Part shown: piece after piece, positions 27,401 to 38,159 of the stretch
Position numbering within the stretch: the stretch's first letter is position 1
Layout of the letters: every line of letters begins with the position of its first letter
From: Chiloscyllium plagiosum
Taxonomy: Eukaryota
Direction: 5' to 3'
Assembly (NCBI RefSeq): GCF_004010195.1
Contig: NC_057717.1
Location: forward strand, 105,003,904 to 105,067,903
Length of the DNA stretch: 64,000 nt
The notes under the pieces: generated by a model
Databases searched by the model: none
Told to the model about the DNA's origin: nothing
What the model saw: the letters and a program-made list of their open reading frames with translations, nothing else
Made by a program: the position numbers and the translations under genes

Positions 27401-29003
27401 TTTAAAGATTTATTTAAAAGAATAGTAAATGAATCATAATGGAGAGAGTCAATAATGGTCTACAATTTTTCAGGGTCAGAATGGTTGTTCACAGTTGTTG
27501 TGGTTATGTCTCACAGCAGATGTGCAATATACCTTTAAGGGACATGGTTATGAAATCATCACAATAGCACGACATGTGACCTAATGTTATAAGGCTCTAA
27601 GTCTCCACCTTACTGAGCTCTGTCCGCTTTCAGCCTGACAAATTGTAGGGAAACATGCTACAGTACTTCTGAATTGCTTAGCTTGAGCTCAGACGTGCAA
27701 ATACCTGTGATCATAGTGTACCTATGTAAAAATCATGAGCTGTAAGAAAAGCTCACTGAATTCCATCTGTACTAAATGACCCAAGTCTCATATTTATGAT
27801 ACAGGAACTGACAAAGTTACCATTGCATAATAGTTGCAAATCATCAGTAAACCTCAGCACCTCATGAAAACAGTAGTTATTGCTCTAATTACAATTAAAG
27901 ACACAACTATATTTCAATGAATAAGGCTCAAGTGCTCATGGGATTTCTAACAGTATTAGAGCAGCAATGAGGAAGTTTATCAACTGATTTCATTGATTGC
28001 TGGTTTTAGGGCTGACATGAGGATATGGATAGGGGGTGACATCACACCACTTGTGGAGAAACAATGAATGGCAAACGGCAACTTCAGAACTTTGACATTA
28101 ATCTGCGTTTGTGCCAAATCCAGAAGCTGCAGTCAGATTCAGTACTGGTAATAAAAGTTGACAATTCATGGTCAAAAACATCACAAATTCTTAAACAACA
28201 CAAATCATATGCTCCCTATTCATCAACACTAACATGGAGTCTGACAGTGAGCAGAAGCCCAACATTTCCTAGATGGAATAAGGTCAGAGTTGTGTCATCC
28301 ATTCCCCTCAGATGAAATGCACATATGATAGCATGGAATAGTTTCACAGCTAAATAATACTTCAAACTTTCTCAAACATTAGCAACAGTATTTAATCAAC
28401 ATAAATTTATCTCCAATCTATTTTGTGCAGAACAGCCTTAAGTAACTATTTCTGGTGTTTTGTAATGATTTATTTTCAATAAGTTCTCCATAGTGTGATC
28501 TGCATTATATTTTCTTTAATATTTCATATTATAATGGTATCAAAGTTAAATGAAAATAAAAGCTTCAACAAGGTATTTTGTTACACTTGTTGTACTTGCC
28601 ATGAAAGAATGATGTATTAGTGGCTTTAAAATAATTTTCATAACATTAATAAAAGAGAAACTAAAATTAAATATTTTTTTTGTGTGCGCTTCAGGCTCCA
28701 GTTATTTTATACTATTTATGTGTTTAGGTGGTAAGTTGCAAACAGGAAAAGCAAAGCAGAACAGGTATAAGTTCAGTGCAAGTCACATTGTGAAAGTGCT
28801 GGTTCACAGTGTGAGATTGAGAAAAAGATGCAGACATGTTGACAAAAAGTATAGAATAGGAAAGATTATAGAGTACAAGGTATCATGTAAACTAGGTGAG
28901 ATAAATCATATGATAAAGACAAAATCAAAATCAGACCTGGAGAATCTGAGAGTAGAGGAAAGTGAGACAGGATGTGTGATGGAGACTCGGAAACAAACTC
29001 TGC

Positions 29004-29880
29004 GGGCTGAATTTTCCCAGTCTTGGGTTAGGTATTATTTTTGGGGAGTTTCAAGGCGGTTCTCCCATCATGGTTCATAGTAACATTTCTCATGCTATCT
29101 TCAATTGCTAATCTCATTAATTATGCACCCATGCTAACAGTGCACATCTCATACATAAGCACTATTACAAGCACATTGCACAATTCACTCTGCTGGCCCC
29201 ATATTTAAACTGCAGCTGGGCACCACTTTAAAGGTAACAAGTCAGGAACTCGCCTTGTCCCTATGGTGCTTGAACATTACCAGAACTGAGATATCCCAGA
29301 AAGGGAAGCTGGTGACCTTGTTCTGTCCATCAGGGACCTGGAGGTGCTGGTGAATGATGTGGTAGCTAGAAAGGCCATCCTCTTTCCTACAAACTAGCGA
29401 AGGAAGCCATACCATCAGATTTCATACAATCAGAGGTGAGACAGCAGCCAGTCAATTTCACTTCTTGGACCAAAAGAAAAGCCCAGTAATGCAGGAGGAA
29501 GGTGCCATCATCTCCTCTTGGCTACCTCACACCCACTCTAACTTTCCAACTGCACAGTAGCGTCACCAAGGATAATGGTCCACAACTTTTACCATTGCAT
29601 GTCACATCTTGACTCGTGGTTCTCACATATCATCCTCCTAAATTATAACTCTACCTGCCCTCTGTACTTTCTGCTCACTTACTAGGGACAACAACTCACT
29701 ACCTCTCCTTTCCTGCACTACCACTGCTCCTCCATCAACTTCCATCTCACTCATTCTTTCCTTCTGTTTCATTGCAGGAGAAAATATCAGAAAGAGCCAG
29801 GATGGGCAGTGGAGTGGCCAACATTTGGCTCCTCGCCCCTGATGAGAAGATCCTTGAAATGGTTGGAGAGAGTCAAGACC
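29004..29880 (+). mobile_element. PIF/Harbinger DNA transposon remnant with Myb/SANT-like gene fragment
   Basis: TIR-like gggctgaatttt; peptide 'RDLEVLVNDVVARKAILFP' ~29330; internal acceptor tcattgcag|gagaaa ~29778. Confidence 0.6.
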
Positions 29881-29914
29881 AATCATGTAGAAATACAAAG
29901 ACACCCATTTATAC

Positions 29915-31575
29915 AGACATAGCATAGAAACAGACCCTTCGGTCCAACTTGTCCATACCAGCCAAGTTTCCCAAACTAAACTAGTCCCAGTTACCTGCAT
30001 TTGGCCCATATCCATCTAAACCCTTCCTATTCATGCACCTATCCAAATATCTTTTAAATGTTATAACTGTAGCTGCATCTACCACTTCCTCTGGCAGTTG
30101 ATTCCATATACCAGCCACCCTCTGTGTGAAAAAGTTGTCCCTCATGTCCCTTTTAATTCATCCTCTTCTTACCTTAAAAATATGTCTCTAGTTTTGAAAC
30201 CGCCCCCACCAGAGAAAGACCTTTGCTATTCACCTTATCTATGCCCCTCATGATTTTATAAACCACTAAAAGGTCACTCCTCAACTTCCTACACTCCAGT
30301 GAAAAAGTCCCAATCTATCCAGCCTCTCCTTAAATCTCAAAATCTCCAGTCCTGACAACATCCTGGTAAATCTTTTCTGAATCTTCTCCAATTTAATAGC
30401 ATCCTTCCTATAGCAGAGTGACCAGAACTGATACACAGTACTCCAAAAGTGGCCTCACCAATGTCCTGTACAACCTCAACATAATGTCCAAACTCCTATT
30501 CTCAATGGTGTGAGCAATGAAAGCAAGCATGCTAAACACCTACTCAACCAGCCTGTCTACCTTTGATGCACCTGAACCCCTATGTCTCTCCATTCGACAA
30601 CACTACCCAGGCCCTACCATTAACTGTACAAGTCCTGCCTTTGTTCACTTTACCAAAATGCTTTTCCTCACATTTATTCAAATTAAACTCCATCTGCCAC
30701 TCCTCAGCCCAATGGCCCAATTGATCAAGATACTTTTGTAATCATAGATAATCCTCTTCACTATCAACTATACCCTAGTTCTGGCATCATTTGCAAATTA
30801 TTAACCATTCCTCCTAAATTCTCATCCAAATCATTTGTATAAATGACAAACGACAGCGAACCCAGAACAGATCCCTGCGGAACACTGTTGATCACAGACC
30901 TCCAGTCTGATAAACAATCCTCCCCCACCACCCTCTGACTCCTGCCATCAGCCAATTTTGTATCCAATTGACAAGCTGACCTTGAATCCCATGTGATCTA
31001 ACATTACTAATCAGTCCACCATGCGGAATCTTGTCATAGCTTTACTAAACTCCATATAGACAATGTCTACCACTCTGCCCTTATCAATCTTTTTGGTTAT
31101 ATCCTCAAACAATTCAAGCAAGTTTGTGAGACTTGATTCCCCACACACAAAGTCATGCTGACTATCCCTAATTAGTCCCTGTCTCTCCAAATGTTTGTAA
31201 ATCCTATCTCTCAGAATCCCCTACAGCAACTTACCCACCACAAATGTCAGATTCACCAGTCTATAGTTCCCAGGCTCCTCCTAATAGCCTTTCTTAAATA
31301 AAGGCACAACATTAGCCACCCTCCAGTCCTCCGGTACCTCACCAGTGGCTATAGATGGTGCAAACATCTCTGCTAGGATTCCCACAATTTCTGGGGAGCA
31401 AATTACTGCAGATGCTGGAACCTGTACTGAAAACAACAAATGCTGGAGATCACAACAGGTCAGGCAGCTGACGTCAGCTCTGATGAAGGGTCATTCACCT
31501 AGACTCAAAACATAGATACTGCCTGATCCACTGTGATCTCCAGCATTTGATGCTTCCCATAATTTTTTTCCTAAC
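29915..31575 (-). mobile_element. CR1 (HER1-like) LINE RT plus 3' UTR, decayed
   Basis: Minus peptide 'SQRVVGEDCLSDWRSVINSVPQGSVLGSL.FVIYTNDLD'; 3' end shared with HE1 SINE tail. Confidence 0.9.
31393..31553. mobile_element. Older Penelope fold-back insertion
   Basis: Degraded TSD ttcccacaatttct / ttcccataattttt; arms aaatgctggagatcaca / tgtgatctccagcattt; ctgatgaagggtc core remnant. Confidence 0.75.
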
Positions 31576-31579
31576 TTAC

Positions 31580-32910
31580 CATAACGCCCTGAGACACATT
31601 TTATCAGGTCCCAAAGACTTAGCCACCTCAGCATCTCATTCAGTGTTAACCCAAAATGACATTCCTCTATCATTTGTCTTAACTTTGTCAAAAATCCCAA
31701 TACTGATTCTCCTGGTTCTTGAACTGCCGAATAAAACCGATAGCATCTTAGAATTAGAGGAGGTTTGGTTTCATAAGAACATAAGAAATAGGAGCAGGAG
31801 TAGGCCATCTGGCCCATTAAGTCTGCACTGCCATTCAATAAGATCATGGCTGATCTTTTAATGGACTGAACTCTATCTAATGGCTCGCTCACCATAACCC
31901 TTAATTCCTTTACTGCTCAAAAGGTTATCTATCTTTGCCTTAAAAACATTCAATGAGGGAGCCTCACCTGCTTCACTGGGCAAGGAATTTTACAGATTCA
32001 CAACCTCTTGAGTGAATAAATTCCTCCTTAATTCAGTCCTAAATCTTGTCCCCGTAATTTGAGGCTATGCCCTCTTGTCCTAGTTTTGCTTGCCAGTGGA
32101 AACATCCACTCTACTTTTATTTTACCTATGACCTTCATAATTTTATATGTTTCTATAACATCTATTCTTCTAAATTCCAATGAGTGTAGGCCCAGTCTAC
32201 TTAATCTCTCCACATAAACCAACCCTCTCAACTCCGGAATCAACCCAGTGAACCTCCTCTGCACCCTCTCCAAAGCCAGTACATTCTTCCTCAAGTAAGG
32301 AGACCAAAGCTGTGCACAGTATTCCTCACCAGTACCCTATACGGCTACTGCATAACCTCCTTATTTTTAAACTCAATCCCTCTAGCAAAGAAGGATATAT
32401 TTCATTTGCCTTCTTAATTACCTGCTGCGGCTGCAAACCAACCTTTTCATAATATTCCTTCGCTAAATCATCAGCTCTTACAAGATTTTAGTATCTGGAG
32501 TCTCAAAAAAAGTTTGGCTCCTAATAATTGAAAATTCTATAGATCTGCAAGCAGTCAGAAGAATTACTCATTGTTTTTCGTCTGCCCCAAAGTCTTTTGC
32601 CCATAAAAGAAACACAGTCTTTCCGCATACTCGGCCTGGTCTTCAACATCAGGATTGAATGAGTCACGCTTCTCAAATAAAGGCATGATGCCAGAAATGC
32701 CTACCCCAACTCAGAGACAACTGTTGCAAGCAAAATTTCTTCAGGAGCGTACTGTTTTCTTTCATCACCACTGAAATAACTTCAAAGAGGCAGGTATCCC
32801 GTCACCAAGTCACCTTTTATTTATGCATGGATTGTACATGGACTATGATTAGCTTGATCAGAGCCAGTCACTGGAATGAAGAGAATCTCTGAGACTCCTG
32901 TTTGTATTAG
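31580..32910 (-). mobile_element. Second copy of the 4691 Gypsy family (LTR end, PBS, gag), split by a CR1 insertion
   Basis: 32440-32910 is reverse-complement similar to 4760-5190; 31580-31770 encodes 'KPPLILRCYRFYSAVQEPGESVLGFLTKLR'. Confidence 0.85.
31773..32445 (-). mobile_element. CR1 LINE 3' fragment
   Basis: 'ALERVQRRFTGLIPELRGL.Y.ERLSRLGL.SLEFRR'; cataagaacataagaa tail. Confidence 0.9.
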
Positions 32911-32939
32911 AACACCCTTGTTCCAATCACTCACACAGT

Positions 32940-33450
32940 TAATGATAGAGCCCTAGGGTGTGTTGTGGAGAGATCTGGGGATGCAAGTGCATAGTTCCTT
33001 GAAAGTAGCATCATAGGTAGACAGGGTGGTGAGGAAGGCCTTTGGCATGCTTGGCTTTATCAGTCGGTGTAGGAGTTACGTTATGGCTGTACAAGAGCTG
33101 AAAATGTGTTGCTGGAACAGCGCAGCAAGTCAGGCAGCATCCAGGGAACAGGAGAATTGTCGTTTCGGGCAGGAAGAAGGGCTTATGCCCGAAACGTCGA
33201 TTCTCCTGTTTCCTGGATGCTGCCTGACCTGCTGCGCTGTTCCAGCAACACATTTTCAGCTCTGATCTCCAGCATCTGCAGACCTCACTTTCTCCTCATG
33301 GCTGTACAAGACACTGGTAAGGCCACATTTGGACTACTGCATACAATTCTGGTCACCCTGCTATAGGAAGGATGTTTTTAAATTGGAAAGGATCCAAAAA
33401 AACAAGGGTGTTACTGAGACTGGAGGGTTTGAGTTATAAGGTCAGGCTGG
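32940..33450 (+). mobile_element. CR1 fragment hosting fold-back insertion B
   Basis: 'VRKAFGMLGFI', 'QFWSPCYRKDV'. Confidence 0.8.
33097..33297. mobile_element. Penelope-derived fold-back insertion B
   Basis: 14-bp TSD atggctgtacaaga (33083-33096 / 33298-33311); inverted arms; unpaired tail. Confidence 0.92.
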
Positions 33451-34194
33451 ATGTAATTAAGATGTTTATAGATAGATTGAGCACTATGTATCAGACAAGT
33501 AGAAATACTTGTGGATTTCTCAGTAGATTGATTAGAAGATTCTGAAGTGTGATGACAGGTTCCAAATGTACCTGACAGTTGGCTGATATAAATATTTAGC
33601 AGAGTTGATATACTTATTCTCTTGGTTTTTGCTTGTTTCTGGTCTGGCAGCAACTGGGGTGATGCAACAAGTAAGCTTCAGTGTTCATGGACTATGGAAA
33701 CACAAAATTAATTGTGGTTCCCGCTACTGATCACATGCCAGCACTTGTGTAAATGCTGAAATAGTGCAGGGTTAGGATTATCTGAGATATTATACACAGG
33801 TGAAGTTTGCTGATGCCAACAGCTTCTGCTATGAAATCAACAATGGCTATACGGATGAGGTACTGAATGGTGCTCAACATTTATAAAAATACACACTGGT
33901 TAGCAACTTCAGGAGAGAGATGAAAAGGAAGTCAATTACTGTTTTTGCAACAACAGCAAGCATTTATAGTGAGCCTATGAGATAAGGCATGTCATGTTGC
34001 AGTGAGGAAAGCCCTCCTCACATAGCAAGTGGTTAAGGTCTAGAATGTATTGCCTGAGTCTGTGGTGGAGGCAGGATTGATGGAAGCATTCAAAACAGGA
34101 ATTTATTTGTTATCTGAAAAGGAAGAATGTGAAGGATTAATGGCAGAAAGCAGGAAAATGGTGCTAACTGAATTACTCAAGTTTTAGAGTGACC

Positions 34195-34370
34195 ATTTTG
34201 GTTTCAGTTCTTTCATATGTAAATCCCAGAACTTTTATTTTGCTATAAATTCTGTGTCTTACAATCTTATACTCCACAACCACCTGATGAAGGAGCAGCG
34301 CTCCAAAAGCTAGTGCTTCCAAATAAACCTGTTGGACTCTAACCTATTGTTGTGTGATTTTTAACTTTAT
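34195..34370 (+). mobile_element. Terminal repeat of a different PLE family with mutated hammerhead
   Basis: cac-cTGATGA-aggagc agc gctcc-aaaagcta-gtg (GAAA>AAAA) 34281-34315; aataaacctgttggac. Confidence 0.7.
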
Positions 34371-34371
34371 A

Positions 34372-34583
34372 GCTGAAAAAGTGTTGCTGGAAAAGCACAG
34401 CAGGTCAGGCAGCAGCAAGGAGCAGGAGAATCGACATTTCGGGCATGAGCCCTTCTTCAGAAAGAAGGGCTTATGCCCGAAACGTCGATTCTCCTGCTCC
34501 TTGGATGCTGCCTGACGTGCTGTGCTTTTCCAGCAACACTTTTTCAGCTCTGATCTCCAGCATCTGCAGTCCTCACTTTCTCC
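34372..34583. mobile_element. Penelope-derived fold-back insertion C
   Basis: 14-bp TSD tttttaactttata (34358-34371 / 34584-34597); inverted arms. Confidence 0.92.
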
Positions 34584-34924
34584 TTTTTAACTTTATACTC
34601 AGGAATATCCTAATTAATTTCTACTGTATCTATAATATTTCCTCTGATAGCAAATATAAATATAGCCACAAGAAGAAAGCTGGAAGCAGACTGATCTGAA
34701 TTTGACCACATAAAATCTGTATTAAAATTCAACCATGGCTTTCAAAAGAGGAAATAAAATTGCAGGACTATGTGGAAAGGGTCTGACAGTGCAACTAGCT
34801 GAATTGCTGCTGTAGAGAACCAGCATATCACATTGACGAGGTGGCATTTTTCTGTACTACAACCACTGGTTTTAAGTATTCTTTGGAAACTGTGAATATT
34901 GGCTCTCAAATGTGGTCTTTTTAC

Positions 34925-35248
34925 TTTTTTTATAGAATTTGAGCATCACTCACAAGGCCAGCATTTGTTGCCCATCCCAAACTGCCTTTGAACTGAGTAG
35001 CTTGCTAGATTATTTCAGAAGGCAGTTAAGAGTCGTTCGCTGATGTGGGTGTGAGTCACATTAAACCAGATAAGATGGTAGATTTCCCTCCATTTACAAC
35101 AGATTTCTGTGCATGGTCACCATTCCATATTTTGATTAATTTAAATTTCTGCAGCTGCCATGGTGGAATTTGATACCATATAAGCAGATCATTAGCCTGG
35201 GCCTCTAGTTTACTAGTCCAGTGACATTACCACAATACCATCATCTCA
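34925..35248 (-). mobile_element. tRNA-headed SINE sharing head/body with 61590-61900 and tail with the CR1/L2-group LINE
   Basis: Minus strand: tggtattgtggtaatgtcactggactag...ggtatcaaattcc (A/B-box-like)...gactcttaactgcc...gggatgggcaacaaatgctggcc...A tail. Confidence 0.75.
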
Positions 35249-36259
35249 GTTGAAATTTGCTGCCAATTTCTGGAAAGCACTAGAAATACAAACTAGGGAA
35301 TAGGTATTTAAAGACCTAAACTGAGAAACAGCTAAATTTAACTCAGCAGAAATAAATGAGTGTTAGTGAATTTGTTGCTACTGTCCTGAAATAAATGAGC
35401 TCTTGGGCACCTATTTCTCTACAGCTCTGATGCAATTTACCAGGTGTCTATAATGCTGTCATAAAGTAAAAAAAATTGTTCTGCGGCACACATGATTGAC
35501 TTGTGTCATCCAATAAGTGAAGCATGTTTAGTATTGCATTCATATTATTTTTATTATATTGTGAAACCAGCTGGAGAAGCGAAAGCACAGCTCAAATAGC
35601 AATACATTGCAAAACCAGGAGAAATACAAACACAGTGCAGGTAAAGGGAATGGCAGAGAGAGCGAGAGAGTTACTAACAGACGAGCAGGAGACTACAGAA
35701 AACATATGATGTCACAGAACATCAGTTAAATAATTGGTTGATAACTATTTTTCTTCTTTCTATCAAAACTTGGGGACCGTTTTCAAATTAGGATCTGGGA
35801 AATTAAGAATTTAAATTGGGTTACTATAGTTGTAAGGGAATTAATGAGGTTATAAGCTCAGAGTAGGTCTAGCGGTATTAAATGAAATTAATTGTTCAAA
35901 CAAGACAGCAGCTAATTTGTTAAAGAGGGTATAGAGTGTTTCCTTTTACATCATGGGTAGCTTCTGCGGCACCTACTATTCCTACACCAACAGTACCCCT
36001 AGCTGTTTAAGTAATGTCAGTAAGAGAACATTTAGGGGTCTGTGATCATTGTATCATAAGGTTTTAGTTTGTTGATAGAAAAAGACAGAGGACAATCCAG
36101 GATTTTTTAAAAAACTGCAGAAAGTCAACTTTAACAAGCTATGAAAGAATCTGACCCAGAACAATTGCAATCAAAGTTTGGGAGGCCTAAACAGTATCTG
36201 AACAATCCGTTGTCTTTATAAAAGATGTAGTTTGAGCACAGACAAAAGTACAACCCCAC

Positions 36260-36372
36260 AACTTGTGGAGAGAAAAGTTAATGGGTTACTGGACTTGAAC
36301 TTTAACTGTGTTTTTTCTACATAGATGCTGCCAAATCTGCTGAGTTTCTTCAGCAATTTCTGTTTTTGTTTA
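36260..36372 (+). mobile_element. Old Penelope pLTR remnant
   Basis: cttgaactttaactgtg...gatgctgccaaatctgctgagtttcttcagcaatttctg, same architecture as other pLTRs here. Confidence 0.6.
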
Positions 36373-36442
36373 TTACAATTAACTAATTTATTTGGCATTG
36401 GAGGTGTGACAATAGGGTCTGTATCAGCATAATCATTTAGTG

Positions 36443-36726
36443 CATGATGGCACAGTGGTTAGCACTACTGCCTCACAGTGCCAGAGACCCGGGTTCAATT
36501 CCCGCCTCAGGCACCTATCTGTGTGGAGTTTGCATATTCTCCCCTTGTCTGCGTGGGTTTCCTCCCACAATCCAAAAGTGTGTAGGTTAGGTGAATTGGT
36601 CATGCTAAATTGCCCGTAGTGTTAGGTAAATGTAGGGGAATGGGTCTGGGCTGGTTGCTCTTCGGAGGGTCGGTGTGGACTTGTTGGGCCAAAGGGCCTG
36701 TTTCCACACTCTAAGTAATCTAATCT
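36443..36726 (+). mobile_element. HE1-type tRNA-derived SINE (V-SINE)
   Basis: tggcacagtggttagcact...gggttcaattccc; V domain ctgtgtggagtttgca; (ctaat)n tail. Confidence 0.9.
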
Positions 36727-37639
36727 TCTCTAAAGAATATACTTTCATAAATTCTCACCTTGTGCCTACAATTTTGAACATTACTACACTTGAAAGTGAT
36801 ATTGATTTTCATCAGTTATTTGGAGTTCTTCCAAGTGGTACTACAATCTCTATTTCTGCCAATTAGCTAGGGCAAGGAAGTATCAAAGTCCAAAGTATAA
36901 GGATAAATAATTGTCTCCAAAGGGGGGTTTATATATTCCAACCCACTACTTCATTTTCAAATGTTTTCCCTTAGAAATTATAAAAGAATTTATCTGTCCT
37001 AATTACTTTCTATTATAAGAGTTATAACTGCCAATCAAATCTGTAGGTTTGACTTCACTGCTCCTTTTCAGCTCTGGTCCTGCGGGCTGCAAAGCCTTTT
37101 CTTTGAATCCTTGCACAACTGATCTTATATTTTCTCAGTCTTTTAAAAATTTGCAGAGTTCTCACCAAATACTCATGGACTGGAAATTTCACAAATTACC
37201 CTCTTTCAAGGAGATAGTTTATTTCCTTAACTTCTCTGAATAATCTTCTTTTCTAGGACAGACTATAGTTTCACCTGACTTCAAATAGGTTTTGTTCGAA
37301 CTGAAGCCAAAAGCTTTTGAGCTAAATTTAAAAAAACGTTTTCACCCTCTGCTAAGCTAATGGCTCAATAATTTCTCTCTGCTATCATAAACCCTCACAG
37401 TATAAAGAAACCTCCACCAACACTTCAGGAGGTGTATACTAGGTTAAAATCCAATGGAAAGACAGATCCAGTAAAATTTTATACACCATCACAAAAATAA
37501 ATGAACATCAAAATGAAATCCAAATTCTGAAACAAAATTACATATCTTTCATTTTACTCTGTCCTGCTGTAGTGCAAGGAGAATGCTACCTCATCTGTGT
37601 CTAATAAACCCCAAATAGCTTGTGCAAAATCCTTGAATC

Positions 37640-37955
37640 ATAGAATCCTTGGAGTGCAGAAAGAGGCCATTCATGAGGATTGCACGACCCTCCAAAGAGT
37701 ATCCCACCTTGTCCCATTTACCATGCCTCATTCACCTAGCCTGCACATCCCCGGACACCATGGACAATTTAGCATGGTCAATCCACCTAATTGCATATCT
37801 TTGGACCGTGGAAGGTAATTGGAGAACCTGGAGGAAATCCATATAGGCACAGAGAGAAAATGCAAACTCCACAAAAACAGCTACCCAAGGCTAGAATCGT
37901 ATCACGTCCTGGGTGCTACGAGGCAGCAGTGCTAACCACTGAGCCATCATGCCAC
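37640..37955 (-). mobile_element. Older HE1-type SINE
   Basis: tgcaaactccaca...ggcagcagtgctaaccactgagcca. Confidence 0.8.
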
Positions 37956-38159
37956 TCAGGCCAAAGTTCTTCAGCATGTGCCACAGTACTACTTCTAGAC
38001 TTCAGCAACTTCAACTCTAAAACCTAACAAATATGTCTATAATCACCACAGGCCAGTGGAAATCCAACTGTAGCTAACCAGAAAGTTGTTGACAATCCTA
38101 CCTCTGGCAGGAGTATGATGTGTTTTCCTTGCTGCTGAACACATTTCAGCTGTGCTAAG

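Noticed and set aside
27500..27760. LTR-like remnant (also 10900-11470) and LF-SINE-like stretch (33640-33930)
   Set aside because: Only vague motif resemblance; boundaries and identity cannot be supported.
28682..29080. 132-aa ORF
   Set aside because: Low-complexity AT-rich sequence reading into a Harbinger end; no recognisable domain.
33011..33366. Recurrent peptides 'MCCWNSAAGQAASREQENRRFGHKPFF' and 'MLPDLLRCSSNTFSALISSIC' as a small gene family
   Set aside because: Translations of the non-coding Penelope pLTR on both strands.
36443..36520. tRNA genes at SINE heads
   Set aside because: A/B boxes continue into V domain and LINE-like tails, so these are SINEs.
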